Of a stretch of 64,000 bases of DNA, positions 38,701-52,290 are shown one piece after another (position 1 is the stretch's first letter; the number at the start of each line of letters is the position of its first letter). A program made the translations under genes and the position numbers. Source of the DNA: Vicugna vicugna (taxonomy: Eukaryota); assembly GCA_013265495.1 (NCBI GenBank), contig MU058844.1:12856184-12920183 (forward strand). The letters run 5' to 3'. The notes under the pieces were generated by a model, which saw nothing but the letters and a program-made list of their open reading frames with translations, had not been told where the DNA came from and searched no databases.

Positions 38701-41700
38701 ACTTATCTAGGCTTGGGGCCAGAATTCATACTTTCTCTTGGCAAAAACGAAAACACTCCCCTTCTTGTGTTATAGGTATCTTTAGGTGCCTGGAAGAATT
38801 GGCACAGATCCTCTTTAGAGGAGAGTATTTTAAACATAGGCCTCAAAAGATTACATATGAACTCATAATTTTAAAAGTCAGTGAACTACAATGAGATCCT
38901 ATTATGAATCTATTAGAATGGATGAACTCTAAAACACTGACAATACCAATTGCTGACAAGGATGTGGAAAAATCAGTAAATGCATGAGGTAACAAGCCAT
39001 CATCAGAGAGATTCTGCATAAACGACCTACCAAAGTGTACCAGTTGGAATTATAAATTCAAAGGCAATGTTAAAAGAGGTGATACTGAGAACTTTTCAGA
39101 ATTGATGAAAGATAGCAATTCTTTGGTTAAGGAGGCCTCACAATTTCCAAGCAGGAAATCTAAAAAATAATACTTCTAATGCTGATATTTGACAAGGAGG
39201 AGGGCTAAAATGTACTGAATTAAGTTAGCGTTTAACTTTGTTAGAAAATAATATAATAAACCCAAAGCAGACAGAAGGAAGGAAACAATCAAAATAAGAG
39301 AATAGACATGGTTGAAAGTATCAAGAAAGACAAAGTTGATTGTTCAAAAAGGCTAATAAAACAATAGAATGAGTAAAACAATTCGGGATAATGGTTAACT
39401 CTGGTTAGAAGGGAGGTGGGTAGAATCGGGCACACATGGGAGCTTTCAAAGGTACTTGAAATGCTCTCTTAAGTTGGTCATTACTTAGTTCTCATTTTTA
39501 TTAATAATATTTTAAATGTACATATGTTAAGCAATGATACTATTAAAATATAAGAATGAAAGAAAGGTTCACATGTTATATACCTTCTGTATATGTCTTT
39601 AGAATAAATGAATCTCTCTCTCTGTAACGGTATGGTTTGTGGACTAGTGCTGGTGCCTCTGGTGCTTTTCTAGCTTAATAACTAGATGAGAAATATAAAT
39701 ACACTGTTACGAGTTTTCACTAAGTGGAAGTCCTTCAATGTAAAGGACTGTCCTTTATTATGAGATTATAGTCTTCCCGCTGTATGATATTTAATATCCC
39801 TTATGAAGTGATAAGATTATAAAGTCTAGGTTTAAAAAATACTGTGTTATACCAGGATGAGAACCCTGATAGCAGTGCTACAATTTGGGGAGGGAAATTA
39901 TATTGATCCACAAAATTCAAAACCTAGGAACCATAGGTTTATGTCATTTACCTATGTGAGGAGATTGTGGGTGTAGAGTAAAGATAAGGAAATCCTGAAT
40001 TTTGGATGGAGTAATGGACCATGAAATTAGTTAGATATGTGGTTAGATATGTAGCTTCTTCAGGACCTTGTTATCATCATCATCATCATCATCATTAAGA
40101 TATTTCTGGGGTGTAGCAGAATTTAATTTATATCCATCTCCAAAGCTTGAGTGCAGTTGGATAGAATCTCTGGTGTGTAAGTAAAAAGATGTAAGCATTG
40201 GCACTAATATTTGAACAACAGCTAGGAGAGGGAAGGGAGAGATCAGTACCCATTCTTGCCATCCTAGAACAAGCAATATTGTCTTGTGCCTTGATTCCCA
40301 TGCTTGGAGAGAAGGGCTGGAAGACAAGTTACTTGTGGAACACTAGTAGGTTTAAATGGGTACTTTGGGGAGTGGGATTTTCTTTATCTGTTAAGTTTTG
40401 AGAGCTCAGTTATATGGAAGGAAAGAGTGTAATAGCTTTTTTCTAACATATTTGCACAGCTTTCTAGTGGAGGAATTTTTGAAACATAGGTTTGTTTGTT
40501 TGTTTTGGGTTTTTTTTTTTTAAGTTTTGAATTGAGTCCCTGTTTTACAAACTGTCCATGTAGGTACTTAGTATGTTTTCAGTTAAATAAATTCTTGTGA
40601 GCAGACTTAGAAACCTAAGCATCTCATTTAATATTTACTTTGTAGGAATAGACTCTGAGTTTCAATCAACTTTTAATGAGCCTGTACTCACACTGTTGAA
40701 AGCTCATAAGAACAGAAATTAGGGACTGTTGTGTTCATAACTCTCTTGTGCTTAAACTAGTTCCTAACATAAAGTAGGTACTCAAATTTTTATTGTGTGA
40801 AAGACTATATAATATACACATGTAATTATAAAGAACTTTTCATCCAAAGGAAAGTACTGGCTTCACTTATTGCAGTGAATATGGATATATAGATAAGAAT
40901 GCTCTCCAATCTGAAATTATATTAAGCCATCCTTTTAATTTTGTATGTGCATTTGCATGTGCTTTTATGTTGAGAACATACTTAATGATAAGAATCTACA
41001 AAGTTATTTTCTGAGGAAATATAGGATAATAAGATTGCTTTGTATAATTTTCAAGACATATAATTATCTGTGAGATTTTACTAATTACAGATAAGAAAAT
41101 ACTTTGCCGTATTGCAGGATGGAAATCGACTGAGAGCTTTATTGCTGTGTTTTCTATTTTATAGCAAAGGTCATTATTACCTGTCTCAATTTGTATGTCC
41201 TTTGAAAGGTTAATAGTCTTGTTTGCTAAGCCTGAGCTGCTTAAATAATAATAAATAACTTTTATTTTGAATTTCATTCTTTGTAAGGGAAGTTATTGCT
41301 GAATTTCTATAGTACCATCTTTAGATATTTAGTTCATTTTATAGGGCAGTGGTTCTCTTCATGTTTGGATATAATACTTTCTTAAATTCTTGTTGGTTGG
41401 TTTTTGTTTTCAGTATTTTGATCTTTTTCCAACTCTTCCTGCTGCTTTAAGAATTTTAAAATCTCTTAAAGCCTAGGTTTATTTTCTTGGGATTCAAGAT
41501 AAAATATTCACTCTTTAAATACTTTCCTAATTTAAACCAGTGTATTTTATCACTAATGTGCATGTAGAACTGTATAGAATTTAAATGGATTTTCCAACTA
41601 CCAAATTAGATTATTTCAAAATATCAGCTATGTTTGCCATTCATCTGGTTTTGAAATAGAGATGGTCTGGAATTTGTCCAGAGACCTCATTAGAGTTCTG

Positions 41701-42699
41701 TTATTACAGGGAGATGCCTTCTCTAGTCCTAATCTTTTTGGCTTTATAGGAAGAAAAAAAATGAAGCTGGGCGTTTTCTTTGGCTATAGAGCAGGAACAT
41801 CTACAGAATCTCTTTTATTGTGGCCTTTTGTAGTTTTTACCTTGGCTCTAATGTCTGTCATTTTAGTATGAAAAGAGCCACTAAACCAAAATAATATATG
41901 TAGCTAGCCTCTTCAGTGGCAAGGGGGTGTTAGTTCTTTTTAGTGTTCGTGAATTTCAAAGAAATAGTATTATTTATGTCCGTGTTTTCCAATTTTGGCC
42001 ATGATCCACGTAAGACATACATTTTATGTCACTGCCCAAAACATAATATGCATGTGAACTACATACTTATATAAAAAGTCTTAAAACATATAATTGATGA
42101 AACAACTTGCCTTTAGTATCAGAGTATAATGCACTCTAATATTTCCTATCCTGGCTTATTCTATTTCATTTTTTAAAATGCTATTTGTGAGCCACTAAAT
42201 TGATTTTCAACTTACCAGTGAGTGGTGACTTGAATTTTGAAAGGCATTTTTTAGTAAGTATGTTTATCCATAGATTAATATCTATTTCTAATATATATGT
42301 TTTTGAAAACTTTCTAATGTCTTTCAAAACTATTTTGATGATCTTACAACATTTTTTAAGTAATTTTTCTTGTTTTCATACATAGATAATGTAATATAAA
42401 ATGAGAGAGATGGTAAATTCAAATCTTAACCCAGATATGTTTGAAGAGTGTTCAGCATTGCTACATACTTTACAGTAGTTGAATCTAGCCAGCATGGCCC
42501 AGTAAATGTGGTTATGCTGCAAGTCTTTCAGAGAGGTAAGTTAGGCTTTGAGCGTAGTTTGACCCTTAGTCTGACTTTAAAATTAATACAAAATCCATTG
42601 TAATTATAAGTAATTCTGAAATTAAATTGAAATCACAAGAGATACATAAAATGTACCAATCTAGATTTTGGTTTTAAATTAACAGTTGCTTTTAAACAT

Positions 42700-42838
42700 T
42701 TGTTTTTTATTTTTATTTTTTACTTATACATGAACATACATACATTTATTGTCACATTTTCTTTTGCTGTGAGCCATCACAAAATCTTGTATATATTTCC
42801 CTGTGCTACACAGTACAATCTTCTTTATCTATTCTACA
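42700..42838 (-). mobile_element. Camelid-type L1 3' fragment
   Basis: gtgagccatcacaaaatcttgtatatatttccctgtgctaca, similar to 15660-15740. Confidence 0.7.
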
Positions 42839-43080
42839 TTTTTAAACACTTGTTTTTTAAAAGTGTTTTTTTTTATTATTGAAGAAAAGAATATTTGTGT
42901 TATCCTCATGAAGTTAATGTCCAGCAGGTTGTTATATCCTGTCTTAAGATCATTGTAGTATAATGATTTTCTTTGAATTAGCTTATAGATTTGAAAAATG
43001 TAAGTTATTATTACTACCTTAAGTTTATAAAACACTTTACATTGATCAAAACATCATATATACATATATATTTGTATTTA

Positions 43081-43564
43081 CTCTTTTCTTCCTTTTTCAG
43101 TTTTATTAGGTAGAATTATTACAGTTTAACTGTGCATATACATTATATTGCATATAAAGCATATATACAATAAATGCACTTTGTTTTAGTTTACATATAT
43201 GTACTGATCAGTTTCTAAGAGCAGATTAGAGCTTTAGATTTTTAAAGGAATAAAGCCAACCACAAAATAAGAATCAACAGAATGCAGTAATCCAATCATA
43301 AAGGATAGTCATATGTGCTTACTTATATTCAAGAAATCAGTCATCTAAGTTATAAATAAGTATTTTGTTTGTGTCCTTTTTTTTAGATTCCACATATAAG
43401 TGATATATGGCACTTTTCTTTCTCTTTCCTGCCCACTTCACTTAGAACGACGATCTCTACGTCCATCCATGTTGCTGCAAATGGCATTATTTTATTCTTT
43501 TTCATGGCTGAGTAGTATTCCACATGTATGTGTATGTGTGTGTGTGTATATGAATACACCACAT
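43081..43564 (-). mobile_element. Chimeric retro-insertion (L1 3'UTR piece + unique AATAAA-ended segment) with 46-bp direct flanks
   Basis: Direct repeats 43035-43080 and 43565-43610, L1-like 43360-43564. Confidence 0.65.
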
Positions 43565-44834
43565 CTTTACATTGATCAAAACATTATACATACATATATA
43601 TTTGTATTTATTGTTGCAGTTATATGATGTGTAGGCAAGGCAGGTAGAAGATAATTGAACCAGGTCTAAGACCCATGAGTATTGGCTCATAGTGTTTGTT
43701 TCTACTGGTTCTAATTGAAATAATGCTTTTTTGGTTTACCAGGTACCTTTATGAAGTATTTTGAATTTACCAAGTAGTTTTAAATCTTTAACATAAAGAA
43801 TGCTTTTGGAAGCTTTGTGAAGTTTGTATAAATATGGGTACCACATTTATTTTACCACCAATCAAATGAGGTAGGAAAGGTAGAGTTGTTTGTATTTCCA
43901 GATGATTAGGCACTAATGATCACATCTTAGGGGAGAAGGTGTATTGGTAACTGATTTGACTTAGGATTATTGAAATGACTGAGAAGAAAGAATAAAGTGG
44001 CAACAAGTGGCTAATAGGGATAGGGAAATAAATTCTGTTAATCATATCACATTATTTAGTAATATTTTGTTACTCTTATCTGTTTTGCTTCTCTGAATGT
44101 AATTAAGAACCTAGGCATAATAATAGCATATTACCTTGTTGAGCATTTTCCATATACCAAGCAACCATCTGGGAACTTTTTCTGAAAAATAAATTTATAT
44201 ATGTATGTATTGTGAAATGTTTCATACATGTTTAATAGTGCATAAAACATACTAGCATCTTATATTATTATAATACTAATAAATCAAATACTTATGTGCT
44301 TTGCACCCCTGATTAGAAAGAGATCATTACCAGAATGTTAGAAGTCTTCAGTCTCTCCTGATTCCTGTCTCTTCCCCATTTTATTCTCTACATGCCCCAG
44401 GTATCCACTAATCCTCACCTTTGTGTGAATTTTCTTGCCGTTTTTTCTCAAATAATGTTACTGTCACTTATGTATATCTAAACAGCTTGGAATTTATTTT
44501 GAAAGATTGAGAAGTAAGTACACAATCTAGTTGGGTAAGGAAAGAGCAGTATTGCCACTATTTGACAATACTTCCCAGAAGAAGATAAGCTGAACAGAAT
44601 CTCTGGATTATAGTTTGGCTTTGATTTCTTTGAGTTTAAGAGGAATCTCTTCTTTGGAAAGCATTGGGCAAGTGAGCCCTGGGAAACATAGGATTCATCA
44701 TAGCTTGCAGTTTAGGTACTAGACATCTGGTAGTAATATGATCAGGAAATGTATTTTCTGCCTTTTAGTTCACTATGTCCTTACCAGGAATAGGTGGAAA
44801 GTAGAACACCTTAAAGCTTTTGCTTTGTAAAAGA

Positions 44835-45860
44835 AAGTGACAAGAAAATGAACTTGCAAGCCGAAGACTGGGAGAAAATATTTGCAAAAGACACTTAGTA
44901 ATGACTGTTATCCAGTATATACAAAGAATTCTTAAAACTCAACAGTAAGAAAACAGCAACTCAATTAAAAACTAGGCCAAAGACTTTAACAGACACCTCA
45001 CCAAAGAAGATATACAGATGATATAAATGCAGATGAATTCTAACAAACATTTAGAAGATAATTAACACCTATCCTTCGGAAACTATTCCAAAATCTTATT
45101 TACAAACCAAAAATAGACTCACAGACATAGAAAACAAACTATGGTTATCAAAGGGGAAGGGAGGGGGAGGGAAAATTAGAAGTGTGAGATTAATAGATAC
45201 ACATTGCTATGTATAAAATAGATAAACACCAAGGATCTACTGTATAGCACAGGGAATGATATTCAGTAGTCAACATAATGGAAGAGAACCTGAAAAAAAA
45301 ATATGTATGTGTATGTATAACTGAATTGCTTTGCTATACACCTGAAACTAACATTGTAAATCAACTACACTTCAATAAAAAAAAAAACAAAATTTAAAAA
45401 AAGGAAAGAAAAGCCATGAAGGAACCTAAAATGCATATTAGTAAATGAAGGAAGCCAACCTGAAAAGGCTTCAGACTGTATGATTCCAGTTACCTGACAT
45501 GGTAAAGGCAAAAACTATGGAGACAGTACAGTAATAAGATCAGTAGTTTCCAGGAGTTAGAGGGGAGGAAGGAATGAAGAGGTGAAGCACAGAAGAGGTG
45601 AAAATATTCTGTATGATATTGTAATGATGGATGCATGTCATTATACATTTGTCCAAGCTCATAAAATGTTCACCAGAAGTGAGCCCTAAGGTAAACTAGG
45701 GGCTTTGAGTGATTATGATGTGTTAATATAAATTCCTTGGTTGTAACAGATGTTCCACTCTGGTTATGCATGTGTGGAGGCAGGGGGTATAGGGGAAATA
45801 TCTGTACCTTCCTCTCAGTTTTGCTGTGAACCTGAAAATGCTCTAAAAAGTAGTTTTTAA
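44835..45860 (+). mobile_element. Old L1M 3' part interrupted by a younger L1 piece (~45030-45400)
   Basis: gactgggagaaaatatttgcaa..cagacacctcaccaaagaagatatacagatg. Younger 3'UTR agactcacagacatagaaaacaaac..caataaaaaa. Confidence 0.8.
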
Positions 45861-46889
45861 AAAAACCCAACACTTCAGTATATTCAAAGTATCCTCAGTT
45901 CATCCAAACATGAGGAAATGGGAGAAAGAGAAAAAAATACTTCATCAGCATACTGTCAAAACAAGCCAAGGTTAGAAAAGAATTTGGGCAAAGCTCACCC
46001 ACACAATTTGTCTTTGGGTCAAAAAGAGATGGTACAGTAGTAGGAGATGTTTTGATGATGACAGCTTTTTATAATGAGTATCCTGTTTCCTGTATTCCAT
46101 ACATTCTTAATTTGCTATCACTTTTTGGTAGAGTATATATTCTTGTATAGCCTTTCTCAAGGGAGTTCCTGAGAGGGAAGTAAAGAAGGCCTATAGAAAA
46201 TAATATAGGTGAATATTTTCTCAATTCTCTCAAGAATATGATACATGGGTAGAGCCATTATAGATGCATGGGAGAAAAAAGTTAATTCATTTTGAAGACT
46301 GGATGTTTTACTGCATTAAGCCTAATTCTATTATAGAATTCCAGGTGAGAATGGCCACTCTAATAAATTCTTTAAAAATATACACGTAAAATAAAATTTT
46401 AAGACTTTGTATATCTGAAAATATCTTTATTTTACCCTAATATGTAGTTGATAATTTGGCTGGGTATGGAATTCTAAGTTGAAGTTCACTTTCCTTCCAA
46501 CCTTTAACGCATTGCCAGTACTTTTATCTTGCTTCTAGCATTGTTGATGTCAGTACCTTATCTGACTCCTGATCTTGGTGCTGTGGGCAAAAGGATTTTT
46601 TGCTAAAAGTAGGATTGGTTCTCAGTTTTTACCGCTGCTGGTTTCTGATTCAACTTTCTGAATCTGCACGACAGTAACTACAAGTTCACTTCATGCTTTC
46701 CAGTGTCAAATTGATGTTGATAAATCCTCTCCAGAGTACATACTTGTGGGAAACATACCGATACTTGATCATTTTTTTAAAAAATACCCCTTTTCTGTAA
46801 TTTTTGTCAAGTTTTAGAAGGGAATACATTAGGTCAGCATCTATACTCTACCATTTTAACCTGGAAGCTTTATTGATTTTACACATATT

Positions 46890-47060
46890 ATCCAATTTGA
46901 TCCTTGTAACAACCTATTATATTGGTACTATTATTAGCATTTTATAGATGAGGAAGCAGAGAACCAGAGAAATTAAGTTAATTACTCAGATGCATCCAGC
47001 TAGGATTAAACCAGGATTTGAACCCAGGTAGTTTTAATTCAAATTCTATTTAACCATCGT
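46890..47060 (-). mobile_element. MIR SINE
   Basis: cattttatagatgaggaagcaga..ccaggatttgaacccagg. Confidence 0.75.
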
Positions 47061-48663
47061 ACTGTAATTGTCTTTTATGATGTTATGTTTTTTATGCCTT
47101 GAAAAGCATGCACCATTACATGAATTAATTATAATTATTTCTGTACTGCCTGTATTTAATGGTAATTTTTATTTCATGACATGGAAAAAATTAAAAAAAA
47201 CACAAAACCTGTTATAGTTGTGGGTATCAACCATAAGTTACTTATTTTTTATCACTAATTGATTTCGAAGTGCCTTTGCCCAAGAAAGAATATGTGTATA
47301 GGAAAATGAGTTTGTTTGTTTTTAAGTGTCCTTTCTAGCTAAGAGAAACAGTCTCAGATTCCATGGAATTATATGAGTGGAGAACCAGCCTTGAAGTGTA
47401 TGCATAACGAAGAAGGAAACTGAGATCTTATAGTAATATACCTATAAAAATGAACTGCTAAATCAGTTATAATTAAATTGGTTGTTGTCTAGCTAAGGGA
47501 GTGTATTTCCAGGTTGAAATAACTGTGATCAGAAAAATCAATCTAGGGGATATAAAGAAAGTAATTGACTTAGAGCTTTTTAACTTCAATTAAGGTGTAG
47601 AGTAAGGTAATTGGATTTTAATATAACTAGGAAAGAATTCTTTGGAATTTAAAAAATTAGATATAAAGAGATGACATCATGTATTATTTTGGCTATAGGT
47701 GCTTTCCTGTTAGATTTAATGATGTGGGATCATACCAGTCACTTACTTTTAATCTAGAAAAAAAGATGTTTTCATTTGTTCTTGTGATAGTAAAGTTGCC
47801 TTTTTAAATAAGAGTTTTAAGTGTGAAAATACTTGTTGGTATATTATATATTTTGAAAAGTTTAAGTGTAATGAGAAGGAACCATAGCAGCTCTTTCAAA
47901 GAAACATATGGGAGCATACAGTATTATTATGGTGTCCTTTTAATCTTTTGATTGATTTGCATTAACACTGTCTTGATGACTAATATATCCCTACTAGAGG
48001 TAAAACAAATGTTTATTCTCTGCTTTAGTTGTGGGACTCCATCAAAACTGTACTTGAAAGAATATCTTTCCTGATGAATTCTTAATCATGGCTGAGGCAA
48101 GCAGTAGATTAGATATAAATCTAGAAGCTTCAGGGAAGATAAACAGTGTTATATTTATATCTATTTTTGAAGTAAGCAAAAACTGGAAAAGGAAAGAATC
48201 GGAAGAGGTGGGAAGTGTGGTAGATACTATAAAAACATAATGGGTATGACAAGAGGACTGCATTTTTTGAGAAAAGAAGAGAATTTGATTTTATTATTTC
48301 ATTCTGAATCTCTAAATATTGATCCTGCTTTGTCTTCCTAAAGCAGCAATTGAATGCAGGGCATTACTGGTTTGATAAAAAGGTAAAACAGTAGAATAGC
48401 TTTTCTTGTTTATCAGTTCATTAAAAAAAACAAAAACAAAAACAGCAGCTTGGCTTAATGCCTTTTCTGCCAGTCTCTTTCTCTATCTGTTTATTGCTGA
48501 TTTGACAGTCTCTGGTCCTTCTCCTTTGCTGTTAAATGTGTGTGTCCTTTGTTTGTGCTGGTGGGTTTTGCTATATTTGGATGTGAGAGAAAAGCCTGTC
48601 ATTGCTATACTGGTCTAATTAGCCTTCTGGGTGAGCATATACGTTAAATAGACCTTCTAAGCC

Positions 48664-48808
48664 ATGAAAGAAGAGGGCTCAGAACAACGTAGATTTTCTT
48701 CCTGTACTGTGGTTTCGCCTGTTTTATTTCCTCCACGAATTGATGGCCGAAAGCTTGTCCGGAATGCTTCATTTGGAGGATACAATGAACTTTCTCCTTC
48801 GTTGCCAG
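48664..48808 (+). CDS. OSBPL8: Alternative first coding exon of OSBPL8 encoding an ORP5-like N-terminus (MKEEGSEQRRFSSCTVVSPVLFPPRIDGRKLVRNASFGGYNELSPSLP-G)
   Basis: In-frame TAA at 48658, GCC-ATG start, 48 open codons, donor CCAG|gtttgt in phase 1 matching exon 5. Resembles recalled OSBPL5 N-terminus MKEEAFLRRRFSLC...DPRKLTRN...DNELYPLSPG. Confidence 0.85.
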
Positions 48809-51279
48809 GTTTGTTTGTTTAATCTTGCATTCTTTTCTTAATTTCTTATAGACTTTTCATTAAAATAAGCTAGATATTTTAACATCTTAAAACTGCTTTC
48901 ATTTAAACAAAACAATTCTATAGTGAAAGGTTAGGTTTTAGTAACTGCTGCAATAAGGCTTGGCTTTCCTGTATTTTCTCATACAGTCTCTTAAGCTTGA
49001 ACTTGAGAACTAATGATTCAATAAAGTATGAATCTTGAGGGCTTGTAGCATGAATTTTTGCTTTAATTATACAAATAAATATTATAATCTTTTGATAAAA
49101 CTAAAGCCTTTTTCTGGACTTTAGAAAAATGTAAAATTCTATAAATAAACAAATTGCTCTGAGATTTTTGCAAATGAAACCCACATATTTAATATTAATA
49201 TTTTCTGCAAAATAGTAACTATATGAAAATTGATGTTTAGTTCAAACTTTAATAGCTTAAGTCCTGACTACCTAAATATAATTTTTGAAATGCCTTATTT
49301 CTTGTTCTTTGATGTTTGTGTACAATGAGTTTTTGCTAAAAAATGTTATTTTTAGGGTAATATTTATTAAATGAAATTAGGCATTTGATGGCTATGATTT
49401 AGACATTAAACAATTGATCAGTGAGATACAGATGTAAAATGATCTTTTATTGTTTGAAAAAGATTTATTGTAGCATATATTGGGATATACATTTTAAAAA
49501 ATAAACAATCTTTAGTTTCTTCTCAAAATTTTAAGCTGCTGTATAATTATATCTACTTTTTAAGATTATATGTTTTTTCTTTTAAAATAAAAATATTCTT
49601 TTAACACTTACAGCAAAGAAATATTGACTGAAACTGGTGTTTGTTTTAATCGTTTATATATTTTTCTGACACGTACTTTGTGAAATTTGATTTATATTTT
49701 CTGTTTTCACTCTAACTTTTATTCTTGGCTTTTTGTGAATATTCATGGTGATAGGCAGTATATGCATTCTTTTGAAATAGTGAAACTTTGTAACACTTTA
49801 TACAAAACACTTTATAGAAAGTGTTACCTGGGCAGTTAAATAAATTGTTATAAATTCACTGATTTCATTTTCTTTTCTAACTTGTTTCTGAAAAGATTTG
49901 GAAACCATAGTCCTGAACTGTTCCCTAAGTAGCATAAGCTTTAAACAGCATTCTTAATCCGTGTTCAGTCTTCTTAGTGTAGCATGGTACTATCACGCAT
50001 CTTTCCTAGGGTTCTCAAAATGGTGTAAATTTGATTATTTGTCTTTGTTCAAAAGTGGCTCAGAAAATACCTAAGTTTTTTAATATTCTTAAATACTTTC
50101 TTACTTCACAATGTGACTTAGTTCCATTTCTGTATTTGTCTCCATCTCCTTGTTTTTCTTTTTTTTAAGCCAGCAAGCTTACTAGCACGTTTGCTGACCT
50201 TCATGCCATGGGTTTACTTAATATAAAAAATAATCAGATGACCTTAATAAATAAAAGAAAACTTCACTTTTTAGAAGTTTGATGTTTAACTAGGTAATTG
50301 AAGACAGAATTGTCAGTTTATATTGACAATAAAGAATATATTGAAGATCATCCTGGATCGATTTGTTTGAATGGAAAAGTAAATGGTTAGCTTTGTATTC
50401 TAATCCTTGAAATCGAGAAAAATCATATTCATAGGGATACTTCTGTATTACCCTTAATACAACCAACAGTTGTATTACAACCAGCCATGATAAAAAGCTC
50501 TTTAAAATATGTTTTATTTTATCAGTAAAATAAGAAGTAGAATGGAATTAGGTACTTCAGAGAAGTGGCTTAATGTATTAAGTTAAAAGTGAAAAATATT
50601 TTTTTCTGGGACATTTCATTGTTACTATCTGACATCATTAGAGAAGGAGAAGTTCTACCTTAGAGATATTTAAAGATAACTTCGTTTTACTACTTTGAGC
50701 ACAACCCTTTTTTTTTCCATTTTACTTTTCCTTAGGAAAAACTTTTTTTTCCCCCTTTTTTGTCACCCTTAAGGAATATATTGGTATGGCCTTTTTCTTT
50801 ATGGTGTATTATAATAGAGAAATGGCACCCTCTGTCCATGTACCTAAAAATTGGAATAAATAAACTTGGAGCAGCTGAGCAAGGAAATTTATAAATACTC
50901 TTTGTGAGGTTTAGTGCATAGGTAGATGTCTTTTTAGTATATTTTTACTTCTCAAAGATTTTTTCTTGTATAATTTCTTGATTCTTGTCTCTGTTCAATA
51001 TAGTTAATGTAGCAATTTTATATTTCGTAAATTTTAAATTTGTATTTGTAGATATGTGTATATAATCTCATTTTTATGAGATGGAAGCAGCATAAAACTT
51101 GCTTTATTATATTTAAGCATTAATGAACCAAATTTTAGTCAAGTTTATAAAAAGGTTATACCTCATCAGTGCTGATAGCACTTATATTCTGTTAACAAAT
51201 TTGAAGTTAAGGACAGAGTGCTTATTTATTCAGGAATAATATTCCACTGAATTAATAGGAGAAAGTAAACTCTATGTAT

Positions 51280-52290
51280 ACTATATTACTGGAAAATATC
51301 CTCATGACCTACAGATTTAGGGAAGACTTTCTTAAGACCAAAAAGCACTAACTGTTGGAAAGAATGAGGTTCCTAAATTTGACTACATTAAAACTAAAAA
51401 CTGTTCATCTCAAGAAACTGCAGAGAATTAAAAGACAAGCCATAGAATAGAGAGATATTTGTAATAAATTTTGCTGGCAAAGGACCAGTATTTGAAATAC
51501 ATCAAAAATTCCTATGTAAATCAATAAGAAAAAGATAGACTGAGTTTTGTTTTTTTTTTTAATGCACAAAGGATCTGAAGAGGTTCTTCACAAAAGAGAA
51601 AATGAAAATGGTAATTCACATGAGAAAGCGCTCAACGTCATTAGTAATCAGGGACATGCAAACCAAAATCTCATTGATTTACCATTGATACACACAGCCA
51701 GAAGATTGGCAAAAATACTAAAAATTTGTCAGTATTGATGTTACCGTGGATGTGGAGAAAGAAGAACTATTACACACTGTTAGTGGAAAAATAAGCAAAT
51801 CGGTAAGCAATTTGGTATTCTTAAAGGTAAAGACACACATATACTCTAATCCAGGAGTTCTTCTAGATTATTTTAAACCTTAGAGAAACTCATGGATATA
51901 TTTGTCTACTAGGATACATTTCCAAGAATATTTGTATCACCGGTGTTCATAAGAGAGACTAGAAACAGTCGAAACAATAGATGGATAAATAGTGATATTG
52001 TCATGCAGTGGGATTCTACTCAGCAGTGAAAATGAATGAAATACCTGCTATGACATGCTGGTAAATACAATTACAAAAATCAAGGTAGTTAACTTTTGAG
52101 GAAAAAAAGAGTAGATTCATTGTGATCAAGAATGACATGGGGCAGGTGGAGTGTGGATCTTACGGGATGTTGACAATTAGTACTTCTTGATTTGGGTGGT
52201 GGTTATGCAGATACTATATACATTAAATTACACGTTTATGTTGTATGCATTTATCTGAAGGTGTGCTATATTTCACATATTTAAAAAAAC
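51280..52290 (+). mobile_element. Old L1ME/MC 3' region
   Basis: tttgactacattaaaa..aaatcaataagaaaaaga..cagcagtgaaaatgaatgaa. Confidence 0.7.

Noticed and set aside
48406..48618. 70-aa hydrophobic ORF upstream of the ORP5-like exon
   Set aside because: TTG start, T-rich composition, ends before the ATG, no recognisable homology.
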